DNA of 33,203 nucleotides from Atractiella rhizophila (Eukaryota). The translations under genes and the position numbers were made by a program. Every line of letters begins with the position of its first letter. Within the stretch, counting starts at the first letter, position 1. The stretch is from positions 1-33,203 of the forward strand of contig MU271674.1 in the NCBI GenBank assembly GCA_021432655.1, written 5' to 3'. Shown here piece by piece: positions 1 through 12,039 of this stretch. The notes beneath the pieces are model-generated. The model had not been told where the DNA came from. It was given only the letters and a program-made list of their open reading frames with translations, and searched no databases.

Positions 1-95
1 CCTAACCCTAACCCTAACCCTAACCCTAACCCTAACCCTAACCCTAACCCTAACCCTAACCCTAACCCTAACCCTAACCCTAACCCTAACCCTAA
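1..95. repeat. Telomere repeat tract (CCCTAA)n, left chromosome end
   Basis: Perfect CCTAA followed by 15 copies of CCCTAA from base 1, with the C-rich strand 5'. This is the TTAGGG-type telomere. Confidence 0.98.
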
Positions 96-1227
96 GCAGC
101 TCGGGCCAAAACCTGCGGGATGGCGGATTTGGGCGTCCAAAATTCAAACATTCGTCCCTGTTCCATCTCATGAATTTATGTACCAGTGCCATATTCCTGA
201 GGTAGTTGTTATTCAGAGTGTAAGAGGAAAAGCAGTGAGCGAAACGAGTGCTATAATCTCGTAAGGCACCGAGTGCGACTTCACTGAATGCAAAGCAAAT
301 TTGTCGAAAGATGCAAAAATGTGTGATAAACTCTTGATTCAGATCGTCGACGTCAGAGACTCGAGGTGAGAAGAGGTAAAATATCTGGAGCAGCAGTTCG
401 ATTGGCAGCCTGCTAATTGGAGATATTTGGCTAAGTCGTATCACAAATGGCATCGTTTCCAAACTTTCCGCGCTGGAAATGGGTGTTTCAATCAAGTCCA
501 AACTATCACAAGGCATGGATGTGGCCATGGATCCAATCATGAAGTTCCAAAAACCACCTGTGCATGTTGCTTCAGCTCGAAACGTTTAGTTCAGTACATA
601 ATTGTCGAATTCTCACGATTTGAGTCAAAGCCCCAGTTACGCAGTGGACGCGTTGACAATACTTTAAGTAATTGACCCTTGGCCCACTTCGCAGCATCCC
701 GATATCGCTCCCCCATCCGAGTTGGCGTTATGGTGTGTTGTTTGGAGTTCGACGTTAGGGGATATGCTTTTACGCCCCCACGCACCCTGCCGTTTTCGTG
801 AAAAGGCATGCTTATTCCGGGTGAGTTATCAATAGCGAGTGAACGAGCAAGATGCATGACTTTGACTGAAGTTCAGAGGAATATTGAATCTTTTATAGCA
901 GGCAATGTCCGTCCGTACCTTGAGAACGAGGGCGGTTAATTCCTGGAGAACTACGTACCTACCGCCTTCGCCTTCTATTCTTCTAAGAGCGTTGGGTTTC
1001 TTGGCGTGAGTCATAAGGCGCTCTTTTGAGCCCTTACACAGCAGACTCGTCGCCCAAGGGGTCGGAGTTGATCGGCGATAAAACTGGTCTATCAGTTTTG
1101 ACCTGCAAATTTTCTTTAAAATTGAAGCGCAAAACCATTTTCGCTTGCGGCCTCCGGCCGCTTGCGCAAACCCCCGGGGGCGACCAGTTTGCCGGGAATC
1201 TTTTTTGTCTCAACCTGCATCCCGCTG

Positions 1228-1590
1228 GACGCTGTTACGGCCTGAGATGGTTTGTTTGCATTTGATGGGGTCGTGTGATGTCCACCAATCGATGCCCAAT
1301 CCTTTCATATTGACGGAAATGTGTCAGACATTCAGTTCCGGCATGTCTAGTTGTTCTGATGGTTTCATTGCATTTCGTTATCGAGCTCTTTGCTCATGTT
1401 TTCGAGGTCCCAGCCTTCTCGCGCCGACGCTGTTACGAGCTGTGATGGTTCTGTTTGCACTTGATAAAATGGGGTTCTACGATGCCCACCCATCGATATT
1501 TAATCCTGAAATATTGACCGATGCGAGGCAGACATTGACAGACTGAGCTTCCTCCAGTTGTTCAGATCTGTCATTCAATTTCATTCTCGC
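1228..1590. repeat. Diverged ~200-bp tandem duplication upstream of the first gene
   Basis: The run GACGCTGTTACG...GATGGTT(C)TGTTTGCA.TTGAT...ATATTGAC.GA...CAGACATT...AGTTGTTC.GAT occurs starting at ~1228 and again at ~1426. Confidence 0.75.
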
Positions 1591-1627
1591 AGCGCCATTT
1601 CGCCAGCGCGCGCGCCTCAAGAATCTC

Positions 1628-1634
1628 TATAAAA
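1628..1634 (+). promoter_or_regulatory. Putative TATA box
   Basis: TATAAAA lies ~90 nt upstream of the ATG at 1722 (context GCCATGG), followed by a pyrimidine-rich stretch. Confidence 0.5.
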
Positions 1635-1721
1635 CCCTGAGGTGCAAATGAACCCTCTAAACATCTTCATCTCCTTTGAATCCGGGGTTAAACACCATCA
1701 CTTCCCTGCAAGCCCATAGCC

Positions 1722-3319
1722 ATGGCGAAAAGGCCAATACATCCGGAATCAGATTGTACTATCTATCAAAGGCTGATGTACGATACTTATCTTCATTGGC
1801 CAATATTTAATCCCTTGTATGTCGAGGACGTTGGAGATGGTCGAACTGCCCCAACCGTGGATCGCTCAGCTCGGCCATCTTCCTCTCTTGAAGCAGGCGT
1901 TCGCTCTCCTTCTACACCGACCTCTTCCCCGCCAACCATTACGCCTACCCCTGGTCCATCGCATGAAATCGAAATGCAAATGGATAGTCTCGACGGCCCT
2001 TTAGCCTCGACGCTCGAGGATACTGCCGTCGCCTCTCCCGGTGCTGGATCGTTGCCAGGGAGGAGGAGGGGCTATGGAGGTGAATGGCGAATAGGAGACA
2101 TGGGGTACTGTACCCAACTTGGCACCTTCAGGTTCTCAAGGAATATCGAGAGCCTCACCGGAGCTAAAGGCGAACCGCTTGACTCGCCATTGACGGACGT
2201 TGTTTGCAACGCTGAGTCTCCTATTGTTAGAGGGGACTTCAGTAATACGCACTTTGAAGTCAGCGTGGATCCTCCGGTTTGAGTCTTCTCTTCGGCTATT
2301 CAGTCAGTTCCTTTGTCTCGAATTGACATCTGAGTGTAGTCCCCTCCCTGGAATGCCTTCCTTTGGAGTTCATTACCATAGCCAATCTCACGAAGCCGCC
2401 TTTCTCGCTATCACATCAGACGCATGTCGATTCGCCGTCACTCACGAAGGCGTTGCTGCGAACTATTTCCGGCGGTACTGTAAGACAATGTTGGAAGACG
2501 ATATGCAAGCTGGGTATTGTCCGACCGCCAAAAAGGAACTTTGTATGATCACTGGTCTTGTCAAATCTTTCGGTTGGCTCCGAGCAGTGTGTAGGTCTTC
2601 CGGGTCTAGTTTTGGGGTGAATCTCGGCGCGCAATCAGCTGGATTCGAAGCGGGGCGAGATTATGGCGCTTTGAGAGGTGCTCATGTGCACCATGGCCCA
2701 ACGAGGCATAAACCTAGTATGTCTCTAGCGCTAATCTGCCGACTCTAACATGCCATTCAGGGAGCAGCATTCTCGGAAGCGACGTGGGCGATCAAACATT
2801 GTTCATGACGCGAATTATGTGCAAGTATCCAGGGTTTCCAAAGCTTGGGATCAAAGCGGGAGGGTCAAGGCCACCTTCTCCATCGACAGATCATCAGGAT
2901 GACAGCGTCCATCCAATCTTTAGCATGGACCCAATATTTTCTGATGGATCGACTGAGGATCAGGTCTGTCGCTCGCTCAAATGATTTCCTTTAGTGCTGA
3001 TGATTTCCACCAGACATCCGATCCATTGAGTGTTCTCCTTGATGCCATGGTGACTGTGGGTGTTTCAGGCACGAGAGAAAAGTTGAGGATACTGATACTC
3101 TGATACTCTCGCAGCTGCAGCCCAGTGCGGACCTTGCATCTGACACTGACTTGTGTAACTTATGGCAAAAGGTGCTCTGGTCTTCTCCATTTGTGCCATG
3201 TAAATCATGCTTACGAAGGAGGTGGTAGCTCTCGCATCCCAAATCTAGAGAATGGACCACTCAGAAGGCGGTAGAGCTGTTGCAAGCCTGTGCAGGCTGC
3301 ATGGTAGAAGAAGATGTCG
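1722..3319 (+). CDS. Gasdermin-like (RCD-1/HET-Q1-related) pore-forming domain, multi-exon; 5' part of a probable fusion gene
   Basis: Introns by eye: 2277-2339, 2717-2760, 2964-3013, ~3056-3114, 3172-3228 and 3320-3363. Motifs in order: YQRLM..WPIFNP, GEWRIGDMGY...GTFRFSRNI, EAAFLAI, ELCMITGLVKSFGW, VHHGP, DQTLFMTRI, DPLSVLLDAM, PSADLASDTD. This resembles from memory a basidiomycete gasdermin-like family. One 1-nt frame problem at ~2340. Confidence 0.55.
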
Positions 3320-3363
3320 GTATGTTATCATCCCTCCAGAAATGACAACTCAAGTCTGGATAG

Positions 3364-6300
3364 GGGTGGTGGCACTACAGGTTTGGGAAGATTCCCTTAA
3401 TGTTCTCAATCCTACTGCTCAGCCGAATGATGTGCGAACTGAGACCAACGAGGAACACAACATTCCCGTCATTGTTTCACAATTGGACGCTGCAAAGAAG
3501 ATGCAAGATCCCAACCCGAAACTATCACCCCTAGAAGGTGTTCTTTCGCGCATCCCCTTCCGCCACAACAGGCTCTCCTTCGCCTTCGATAGTCTCACAA
3601 TGCACGTAGGATTGAAAGTGCATCCCGACCGCAGGAATGACTCCTCCACTCCTCTTCAACAACTCTGCAGGGCGGTTCCATCGTCTGCTCGGAATGAACA
3701 TGCGTCTGTCGAAAAGGGCGATGCTATGCCAATCTGCAGAGACCTTAAGCTGGGAATATGGACGGATCGGGGCTTCACGAGTGTTCCGACCGCACAACGC
3801 AACGAAGGGGTCACAAATATGGCGGTACTCGACGCTGATCCATTGCAAGGGCTATTTACTGCAGATAAGGATCCAACAAAGTGGCGGAAAGAGCAGGTGG
3901 ATGATTTCATGGAAGTGTTACGTCGGAGGATAATCCAGCTGTCAGCGCTTGACGCTGGGGGTGAGGAATTTCTCTCCCCTGTCCCTCCTACATCCGCAGA
4001 TCTTCCCTCATCTGTTCACCTGTCATCGATGTCATCCCCGACACTTCCCCAAGACCTGGATCATCTATCCATCTCATTTCCATCCTCACTGGCCCTCGCT
4101 CAACCCTGCCCAACTTCACGTGTGCTGTCACTTCTCTACAGCGCCTCGTCTCAGTTCAGACCCACGCACACAACACGTTCTACAAAATTGGTCACACCCT
4201 GTGATTCACTACGCGACACAAAATTCACATTGCCCACCCGCCGAGCCCTGGAGAGTTCGTCTGCTTCGGTGGAGAGTTGCGGAAGAAGTTCCAATGGGAG
4301 TATCGAGAACGACGCCTCTTCCCTATTCTCGTTCGAGAGCGTGGATATGGAGTGTAAGGATGTGGAAGACGACTACAGCTCCGGTTGCGTAGCATCTGCG
4401 GAGATCGAAATCACGCCAACTCTCTCGCCTACCAAGCTCAACCCTCTGAAATCACCTTCCCTGTTATCTCTCACCTCTTCCTTGGATTCATCGCCGTTGT
4501 ACCATTCTTCCTCTCGCGAGCACTTAACCGTTAACCGCAAAGCCGCTATCCCGATTCCTTCTCCAGCCCTCATTTCCGTCCTCTCAGCTGATGATGTACT
4601 TGCTCCTCAATTCCCCGTCACGGCTCCCACAACCATTGCCCCTTCTACCTTACCCGTCAATCGATTCATGGATCCTATCATGCAGAAACCGAACCAGTTT
4701 AACTGCCGGAATTTCAAGCTTCAGACGTCGCAGTATGCACGGTTGTCGGACATTGTCATCTTCAATAAAGAAGGAGTGCCCAACAGAGAAAACTCAAAAG
4801 ATGGGACGATCGAGGTTGGAGAGGGCAGCATCCGAGCTTTGAGGCTTGCAGAAAGGTTTTTGGATGCCATTGAGGATGAAAGGCAGCGCGTGTATGGCAA
4901 TGGTGATGGTGGTGTGAGATATGGTGTCTACATCATTAGTGGTTCGTGTTCTTGCGATAATTCATTTGGGATCTTGCACTGACGACTGGATGCGATAGAT
5001 CCCGTTGAAGTTTTTGAGCGCGACTTTCCCGAGATGATCTGCATCGGAAGCAATGGAACCATCCAAAACAAGATCGACTTTTACGATCGTGAGAGAGAAG
5101 AAATGAGGAATTTAACGAGCAGAAGCGAAATTGCCAAAAATGTCTGGGTAGGTATCTCATTCGAATTTGTGCTCTTCCTTGTTCACCAATAGTTGCAGCT
5201 GGGAAATACAATGGGAGATGTGCCTATTCACGCGATCAGAAACTTGAATTCTGATTCAACTGCTTCGCTCAGCCAGTATTCTTTCTCGTCTCGCGAAAGC
5301 AACGATGGGACTCCCCAACCTCCTAGCGCGGGCCGTCCGGATGTCAATCCTGATCACTTCTCCATCTGCATCAAGTGTACTGAAACCCCGCCATGCCTGA
5401 TGAAGCATTCCTTCACGATATTTCAGCTTCTCTTGGTGCCATCGAGGACGAGCAAAGCAGCGCAGGTTTGCCTGTTGCTGTCGAAGTGGAAGGTGCGAAT
5501 GGCGATAAAGAAGTCGTCAGCAAGATCTTCAACGTCCACGATATGGTCCAGTTGGAGTGCCTCGGCACTTCACTCGTCTTGGAGAAGGACATCAGGCTGT
5601 TCGTTCGCTTCATGGAGGACATTATCCGACTAGCGGTTTGGATCAAGGATCAGGCCTACAATCAGTCGAGACGGATTCTCATTCACTGTACGGACGGATA
5701 CACTGAGTCGTCCATGCTCGCCCTCACCTACGTCATGCTCGATAGACAGTGTTCTCTACCCGATGCCTACCTTTGGATCCAGAATAACTGCAACAGATCC
5801 TTCTTCGTGTATAAGGACGACATTGATGTGCTCAAGGCTCTGGAGAAGAGGGTCGGGGCATTTGTTCGGCGGGAGAATGAGAAAAGGAAGAGGAGGGAGA
5901 AGCGAAGGAGAGAGACATTGATTGCCCAAGCGATGAAAACTGCTCTACACGGTGGGATGGATGAGCTTCACGAACCCTTCCCTCCGTCTTCTTCTGAGTA
6001 TTCGCGCTTGTCTCGATCTTCGAGCAGGAGCAGCGGTGGTCGGCCTTCCCTATCGGATGACCGGTCGTCTGCCATGCTTTCGAGCATCAGAACGCATCCT
6101 TGGTTCTACGATTCGCATTTTGAAGGTCACTTTCCCAGCCGTATCCTCCCCAATCTTTACCTCGGGAACCTTCAGCATGCCTCCAACCCTCTCATGCTTC
6201 AACAGCTCGGTATCACCCATGTAGTTTCCGTCGGAGAATCTCTTCTCACTCCTCCCCGTCAAGAAGGATTAGGATCTTCCTTTGGTTCCTGGGGTGGCGA

Positions 6301-6866
6301 CTTTGGAATAGGACGACCTGGAATGCCCAGAAGGGAGAATTCGCTGTTCTGGGAACATAAAGAAGGACGGATGCAAGTTTGGACATCAAGGGCGTCTCCG
6401 GTACGAGAGCTTTCCTTTCTTGGAGAGAGCATTGCTTACATCGAGAATAGACGACGGGAATGACAGCATTGTTCCTCATCTCGAGAAAGCGGTCGAGTTC
6501 ATCGACAATGCAGTTCGGTCTGGGGGAAAGGTCCTCGTTCATTGCCAAGTCGGAGTTTCTCGCAGCGCGACAGTCGTAATCGCGTACGTGATGAAGAAGT
6601 GCCAACTCGATCTCGCAAGCGCATACCTCCTCGTTCGCAGCCGTCGCCTCAATATCGTCATCCAACCAAATTGCAAGATTATGTGGGAACTCTGGGTCTG
6701 GGAGGGTCAACTCGAAGAGGCGCGAGAGGCCAGGTCTCGTGCCCTGTCCCCATCCTCGAAAGCAGTGGAAAACCAGAAGGCGTTTCAAAGGACGAAGAAG
6801 ATCAGAATCTCGTGGAGTTTTCTGGCCAGGGAAATTGGAGCCCTCAACGAACGTTATAAATGTTGA
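3364..6866 (+). CDS. PPS1: Pps1-type dual-specificity protein phosphatase (two DSP-like domains), with two apparent frameshifts
   Basis: Motifs: FMDP..RNFKLQTSQYARLSDIVIF, DFYDREREEM...SEIAKNVWLG, ILIHCTDGYTESS, FPSRILPNLYLGNL..GITHVVSVGE and the catalytic VLVHCQVGVSRSAT. Introns 4942-4998, 5148-5198 and 6401-6450; stop at 6866. One base is missing at ~5386-5392 and at ~6378-6380. Confidence 0.85.
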
Positions 6867-7579
6867 GCGTCAATCAACAGTCGTAGCATTATACTTATCT
6901 TATCCTTTTGCCTTTCCTCCGTTCCACTCTCTTATTTTTCCTCTCCCATCCACCGCAGTCCTCTCATCCACTACTCCGTCGCATCATTAACCTACTAACC
7001 TATCATCTACCGTCAAATATCTTTAAACGTCGTCTCCGCTTCGTCGCCGTCAATTCACCGTTAGCTTTTTCTATTACCTTATGTTGGTCATCGGAATAGA
7101 ATCGTTGTGATTCCATATTTCAAGTCTTTGGTCTCCTTTTCCAGTACTCAATTGTCGAAATATCCGTGCTGTTTTCGTGACTCAATTCTCTTTCGCCTTT
7201 CCAAGCTAACTCTCTCCTCTCGACTCTGGTAGTGTAACAGGGGTCGTGATCATATTATTTTATACCGTTTCGTCTGGCAACATTAATTCAGAAACAAACA
7301 TGCGCTCAATATCTTTCTTCTTATCTTCTTGGTCTCTCTTTAATGGTTGTGTTGTTCGGGTCTTCGCGACCAGTTGATGACGGGATGGACGGTCCGTTGG
7401 TCATGTTGGGTTCTCAATCAAAGTGTATTAGGCAGGTCAGATTCAGTGTCTTTCTCTTCCTCATGTCGAAATAATTTGTTTTCTCGGTCCACTTCCCCTT
7501 CCTTTCAAGATGCAAAGGGTTGTTCTTCAACTGTAACCATTACCAAATCTCAAGCATCGTTATACTTACTCAATCAGCT

Positions 7580-9776
7580 CTAGTTTCTGTAAATGCATAT
7601 ACGGTTGCCCTCAATCTCCCGTCCCGTTCACGAAGTTCTTAGCTCGCCGCCCTGTAGGAAGTTGTCAGCTTCAAGTCCAAGAGATTCTTTCATTCCTTGA
7701 TAACTTGAAACTGAAGTGTCCATCGCGATAATTTTAGGCCTAACAGCTTCCGTCATAGAGCCTATTTCTAGGCATCGAATACCCAGTCAGCGCCGTTCTT
7801 ACACATTCTAGAAGGGATAGACTTACTTCATGTAAGCATCTGGGTGATTCTGAAACTGTTAGATAAAGAACATATTAGTTGACTTGTACGCACATAAAGG
7901 AAAGGAATGGATGAAGAACATATTCACTGGTTGGATAATCTTTAGGATCGCAACCAATCTTCGGTTTTCCTCTCTGGTATACCCATGCACTTTCTATACA
8001 TCTGCCTTGACGGTTTCTGCATCCAACGTTTATCCTCATTTGGCTTGTCCCAGCTTGGCATCAACTCTGTCCTCATCGTCAGTTTGCCTAAAAGCACTGG
8101 GGCGGCATACTATCTAGGATGATGGTGATGTCTCTCCAGTTCTCCATAGCCCTGTTGTATTGTCGACGGAACGTGAGAGCCAGCGGTTCGAACACTTTTC
8201 TTGCGAACGCGGCCTGAGCTGCTTTCTTGCAGTACCTGTCGAGATTGCATTCCTTGTCTTCCGCTGTCGAGTGGGTCAGCCTGTTGTCTCAAAGATGTGA
8301 GGACTCACCTTTGTGATGGCGATCCTTCCGGCTTGACAAGTGCTCCATGCCTGATCTGCTGTTTTCGGTTGGCAGTTGTTCAGCATGACTTTGGCCTGTG
8401 ATCTTTCTCAGTCACTTGAATGTGATTTTCACTCAGCCCTCACCTTTGCCATGGTGGGGTCAAGCCTATCGATGTGCACAAAGCTTCCAGCGGGGTTCCC
8501 ATAAATCGCTTGATCCACTTTGGTGGTTCCTGTGTAGTGATGGAGGTTTGCCCAGGGTACCATTCCAAATTCGTGTGCCAACCGTAGCATTTCGACACGG
8601 ACTGGTTTGCTTTTTTTGTAGAAGATGGATTTGACCACTTCCTTGCCGAATTTGGCCTGGCGAAGGGCAGGAGGCAGGTCCTCAAGTTGATACCCTCGAC
8701 GATCGATGGCCACCGCCGTGTTTTGTTTGTACTTGTCGATGAAGGCGGCTCCATTTGCAAGTGAATCGATTGTTGCCTGGGATAACGCGTGTGTCTTCGC
8801 TTGTTCTGCCGATGGCTCATATCCAAAATTCATACCACAAGAAGAGTGGGGCCAAGGTGGGAAAACTGGCGTAGACGGACACTTCCATCTTCCAACGTGA
8901 TCCTCCTGCAGCACTCTTAGCTCTATCATCCTGAAGGTGTTACTTACCCTAGATGTGGAGACATGAAGTTGAATGGGAGCTTGATTGTCCCTCCCTTGCT
9001 TGTCTCTGGTGTCATGACACTGCACCATGGTCAGCAAGCCCAATGAGGATGAATATCGCTGACCATAACGCTTCTTCCCAGTCCATATTGACCAGTTTCT
9101 TCCCTACCCTCTTCTTCCCTTCAGTCTTTCTCTTCTTTGCGGCTGGCGTTTTCTTCTCCTTCGCTCTCTTCTCCCCTTCGCTGTCTGACAATGTCTCCTC
9201 TGAAACATCAACATCCGTAATCCCACGTTTCTGTCTCGGGTGCCGATCTTCCTTGCTCATTTCCCCCCCACCAGCCCCTCCACTTCCCCTCTTCCTTGAC
9301 ATTCCTTCGTACCCTCCTTGTCCCACCTTAGCGGATGTCCCACCATGTCTCTTCCCTCCATGGTCAACAGAAGTACTATTTCTCTTTGCACTCTTTTGCG
9401 GTTTGTTTCTCCCACTCGTTCCAGTGACTACCTTTGAACTTGGAGCATTGGACGGCACCGTGCCAGTTGCTTTCGAAATCGTGGGTAAATCGTGACAGGA
9501 GCTCTGCGAGGGGAGTGAGTGAAGACGATCGTATTCTGGGGGCCTAGCTTGTCGCGTTGCAGATTTCAGCGTACCCAGACTGATATGACGAAGACCGACT
9601 GGTCTCTGCAACTTTGTTGGTCCTGCTGATGCAGGAGAGATCGGGTGGGCCTTGAACCTTGGCTGCTTGTTCAGAGCAAGCCTTGCTAGCTTTGCCTCCC
9701 TCGCCCGCTTTGCCTGTAGACGTGGGTGTGCAATGATGGTTCGCCAGCCTTCATTGTCAGGGCCAGTGCTGATCAC
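7580..9776 (-). CDS. Hypothetical multi-exon protein (basic, low-complexity N-terminus); may be disrupted, boundaries uncertain
   Basis: ORFs 9012-9776 and 8429-9043 overlap in different frames. There is a series of minus-strand donors (GTAAGT ~8947, GTGAGG ~8443, GTGAGT ~8308, GTGCGT ~7893, GTAAGT ~7826) with branch/acceptor signals (e.g. CTGAC...CTACAG ~7652). No family recognised. Confidence 0.45.
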
Positions 9777-10585
9777 ATGGCCACCTGCTCTGAATGCCCC
9801 TGGCTTGGAGATGGGCTTTGTATGGGGCCAGACTGAGCTTGTCCTATACCTGAGTCAGCATGATGATCACTGAGGCATTATAGGGCTAGGAGTTCTACTT
9901 TTAACTGATCCACTGGATGGGCACAAACTTGATGATAGGTCTCACCACATCTACCTTGGGGCAGGAGTTGATCTTGTGAGCCAATTGGGGACTGAAAGCC
10001 AATCCGGGTCCGAATGAAACAGAGTGAGAAGGAAACGCAGCTGTAACTAAAGCCATTTCGATTGTTTTTTAGATTTGATATGTTAATGGGGGGTGTTTAA
10101 CGCTTTGGTGTTTGATGTGTTCTGGAAAAACGCTTTGGGTGACAATCTGTCTGGGGACCAAGTGCAGGCAACAGGGTCTTATATAACTTTTGGGGATCAA
10201 GGTTGCAATGCAAGTCACATGGGATGATCGGTTCTAAGAGCGATCAATCTATTTGACACAATGTGCCCTGTTACCACAGCTTTGGGCACGTAGGACAGCA
10301 ACAAACAGATGCAAAGCTTAGGAGCCAGATGTATGGTAAGCCGGATGTGTGGCCAGCATGAGGGTGCAGTGAGCCGGATGTGTGGTAAGCACGTAGGAAT
10401 GGGCTTTTGCACCAGACATCAGAAAGGGAAGTAACAGCTTGGTGTTGGAATGGGATTTAGGGTTGTTGAGAAGAATACTACAGATTGATAACATATGGAG
10501 CATGTAGAGAGGCATCAGAAACATTGAAGAATAAGGGTTTAAATGGCAAAGAAAGGGTTGTTGCAACCAAAACCTCTCCGAGCAG

Positions 10586-11420
10586 CGGGGGTCACTGCAG
10601 GGCAATTTTGTTGAAAACGTCCCCAGTCGATAGGTTATCGACACAGGTGTAGAGGGGGTGTGGAAGGTGTAATTTCGCTCAAAACGTCCACAGTCGATAG
10701 GTTATCGACACAGGTGTAGAGGGGGTCACTGCAAGGCAATTTTGTTGAAAATGACCCCAGTCGATAGGTTATCGACACAGGTGTAGAGGGGGTCACTGCA
10801 GGGCAATTTGCTTGAAAACGTCCCCAGTCGATAGGTTATCGACACAGGTGTAGAGGGGGTGTGGAAAGTGCAATTTCGCTCAAAAGGTCCCCAGTCGATA
10901 GGTTATCGACACAGGTGTAGAGGGGGTGTGGAAGGTGTAATTTCGCTCAAAACGTCCACAGTCGATAGGTTATCGACACAGGTGTAGAGGGGGTCACTGC
11001 AAGGCAATTTTGTTGAAAATGACCCCAGTCGATAGGTTATCGACACAGGTGTAGAGGGGGTCACTGCAGGGCAATTTGCTTGAAAAGGTCCCCAGTCGAT
11101 AGGTTATCGACACAGGTGTAGAGGGGGTGTGGAAAGTGCAATGTCGCTCAAAACGTCCCCAGTCGATAGGTTATCGACACAGGTGTAGAGGGGGTGTGGA
11201 AAGTGCAATTTCGCTCAAAAGGTCCCCAGTCGATAGGTTATCGACACAGGTGTAGAGGGGGTCACTGCAGGGCAATTTGCTTGAAAAGGTCCCCAGTCGA
11301 TAGGTTACCGACACAGGTGTAGAGGGGGTGTGGAAAGTGAAATTTCACTCAAAACGTCCCCAGTTGATAGGTTATCGACACAGGTGTAGAGGGGGTGTGG
11401 AAAGTGCAATTTCGCTCCAA
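10586..11420. repeat. 67-bp tandem array (12 cores) with GTCGATA-ggt-TATCGAC palindrome
   Basis: The core GTCGATAGGTTATCGACACAGGTGTAGAGGGGGT starts at 10626, 10693, 10760 ... 11363, at exact 67-bp spacing. The remaining ~27 bp switches between two subtypes. Confidence 0.97.
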
Positions 11421-12039
11421 ACATTCTAATCTCTTGCTCATCACCAAAGGTGGCTAATGAGGATGTGGCGACAAAGTTCATATATACATGCAATTTCCAT
11501 ATGAATGATATATCACTTCCACAGAGGTCCTCTAGCTCCATATGCTTCACTTGAAAATGTTCCTGAAAACCACCGTCATCATTGCATGTTTTACAATCTC
11601 GCTCACACTTATGTTACAATCACTAGAAGATGTAAAAATTACAAAGGGTTTAGAATAGCGTAACATGCGCCTGTCTTCCTGAGAGTTTAGCAATGATCTT
11701 TTTCATTGGCACTAAAACCATTATTGATCATCTGCTTATCGTCATATGTGACCGTAATGATTCAAAACAAGCCCTTTAATAGGTCTCATTTGTTAAATCA
11801 TTCTTAACACTTTTTCATTTTAATGGTATTACTATTTTAAACAGCTCCATCATCTTGATCATTGGTCATACATTCAAGTTTGTGTATACCCCAAATTGAT
11901 TCTACACAATTCAGCCCCTCGCTTGCTCAAGTATACATCCAATGCATGCACTACTTTTAGCAGGGTATAAATCTATCCATGTCTATAGCCAATCTTAAGC
12001 GGCTGCCTGGACGAGTTTCATGAAACTTTGGTTCTCATG

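Noticed and set aside
427..1014. Possible minus-strand PIN-domain gene fragment (YVVLQELTAL, RDAAKW)
   Set aside because: Only a short motif resemblance; I could not build a stop-free spliced model or find the other acidic catalytic motifs.
3252..3363. ATG at 3252 as the start of the phosphatase gene
   Set aside because: This stretch is better explained as an exon in another frame plus intron 3320-3363 of the upstream gene. It cannot be fully excluded without transcripts.
96..10500. Telomere-linked RecQ helicase or telomere-targeted retroelement
   Set aside because: No helicase or reverse-transcriptase motifs were seen in this interval.
10586..11420. CRISPR array (palindromic constant part plus variable part)
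   Set aside because: The variable segments are only two related, recurring subtypes rather than unique spacers. The context is eukaryotic and there are no cas genes.
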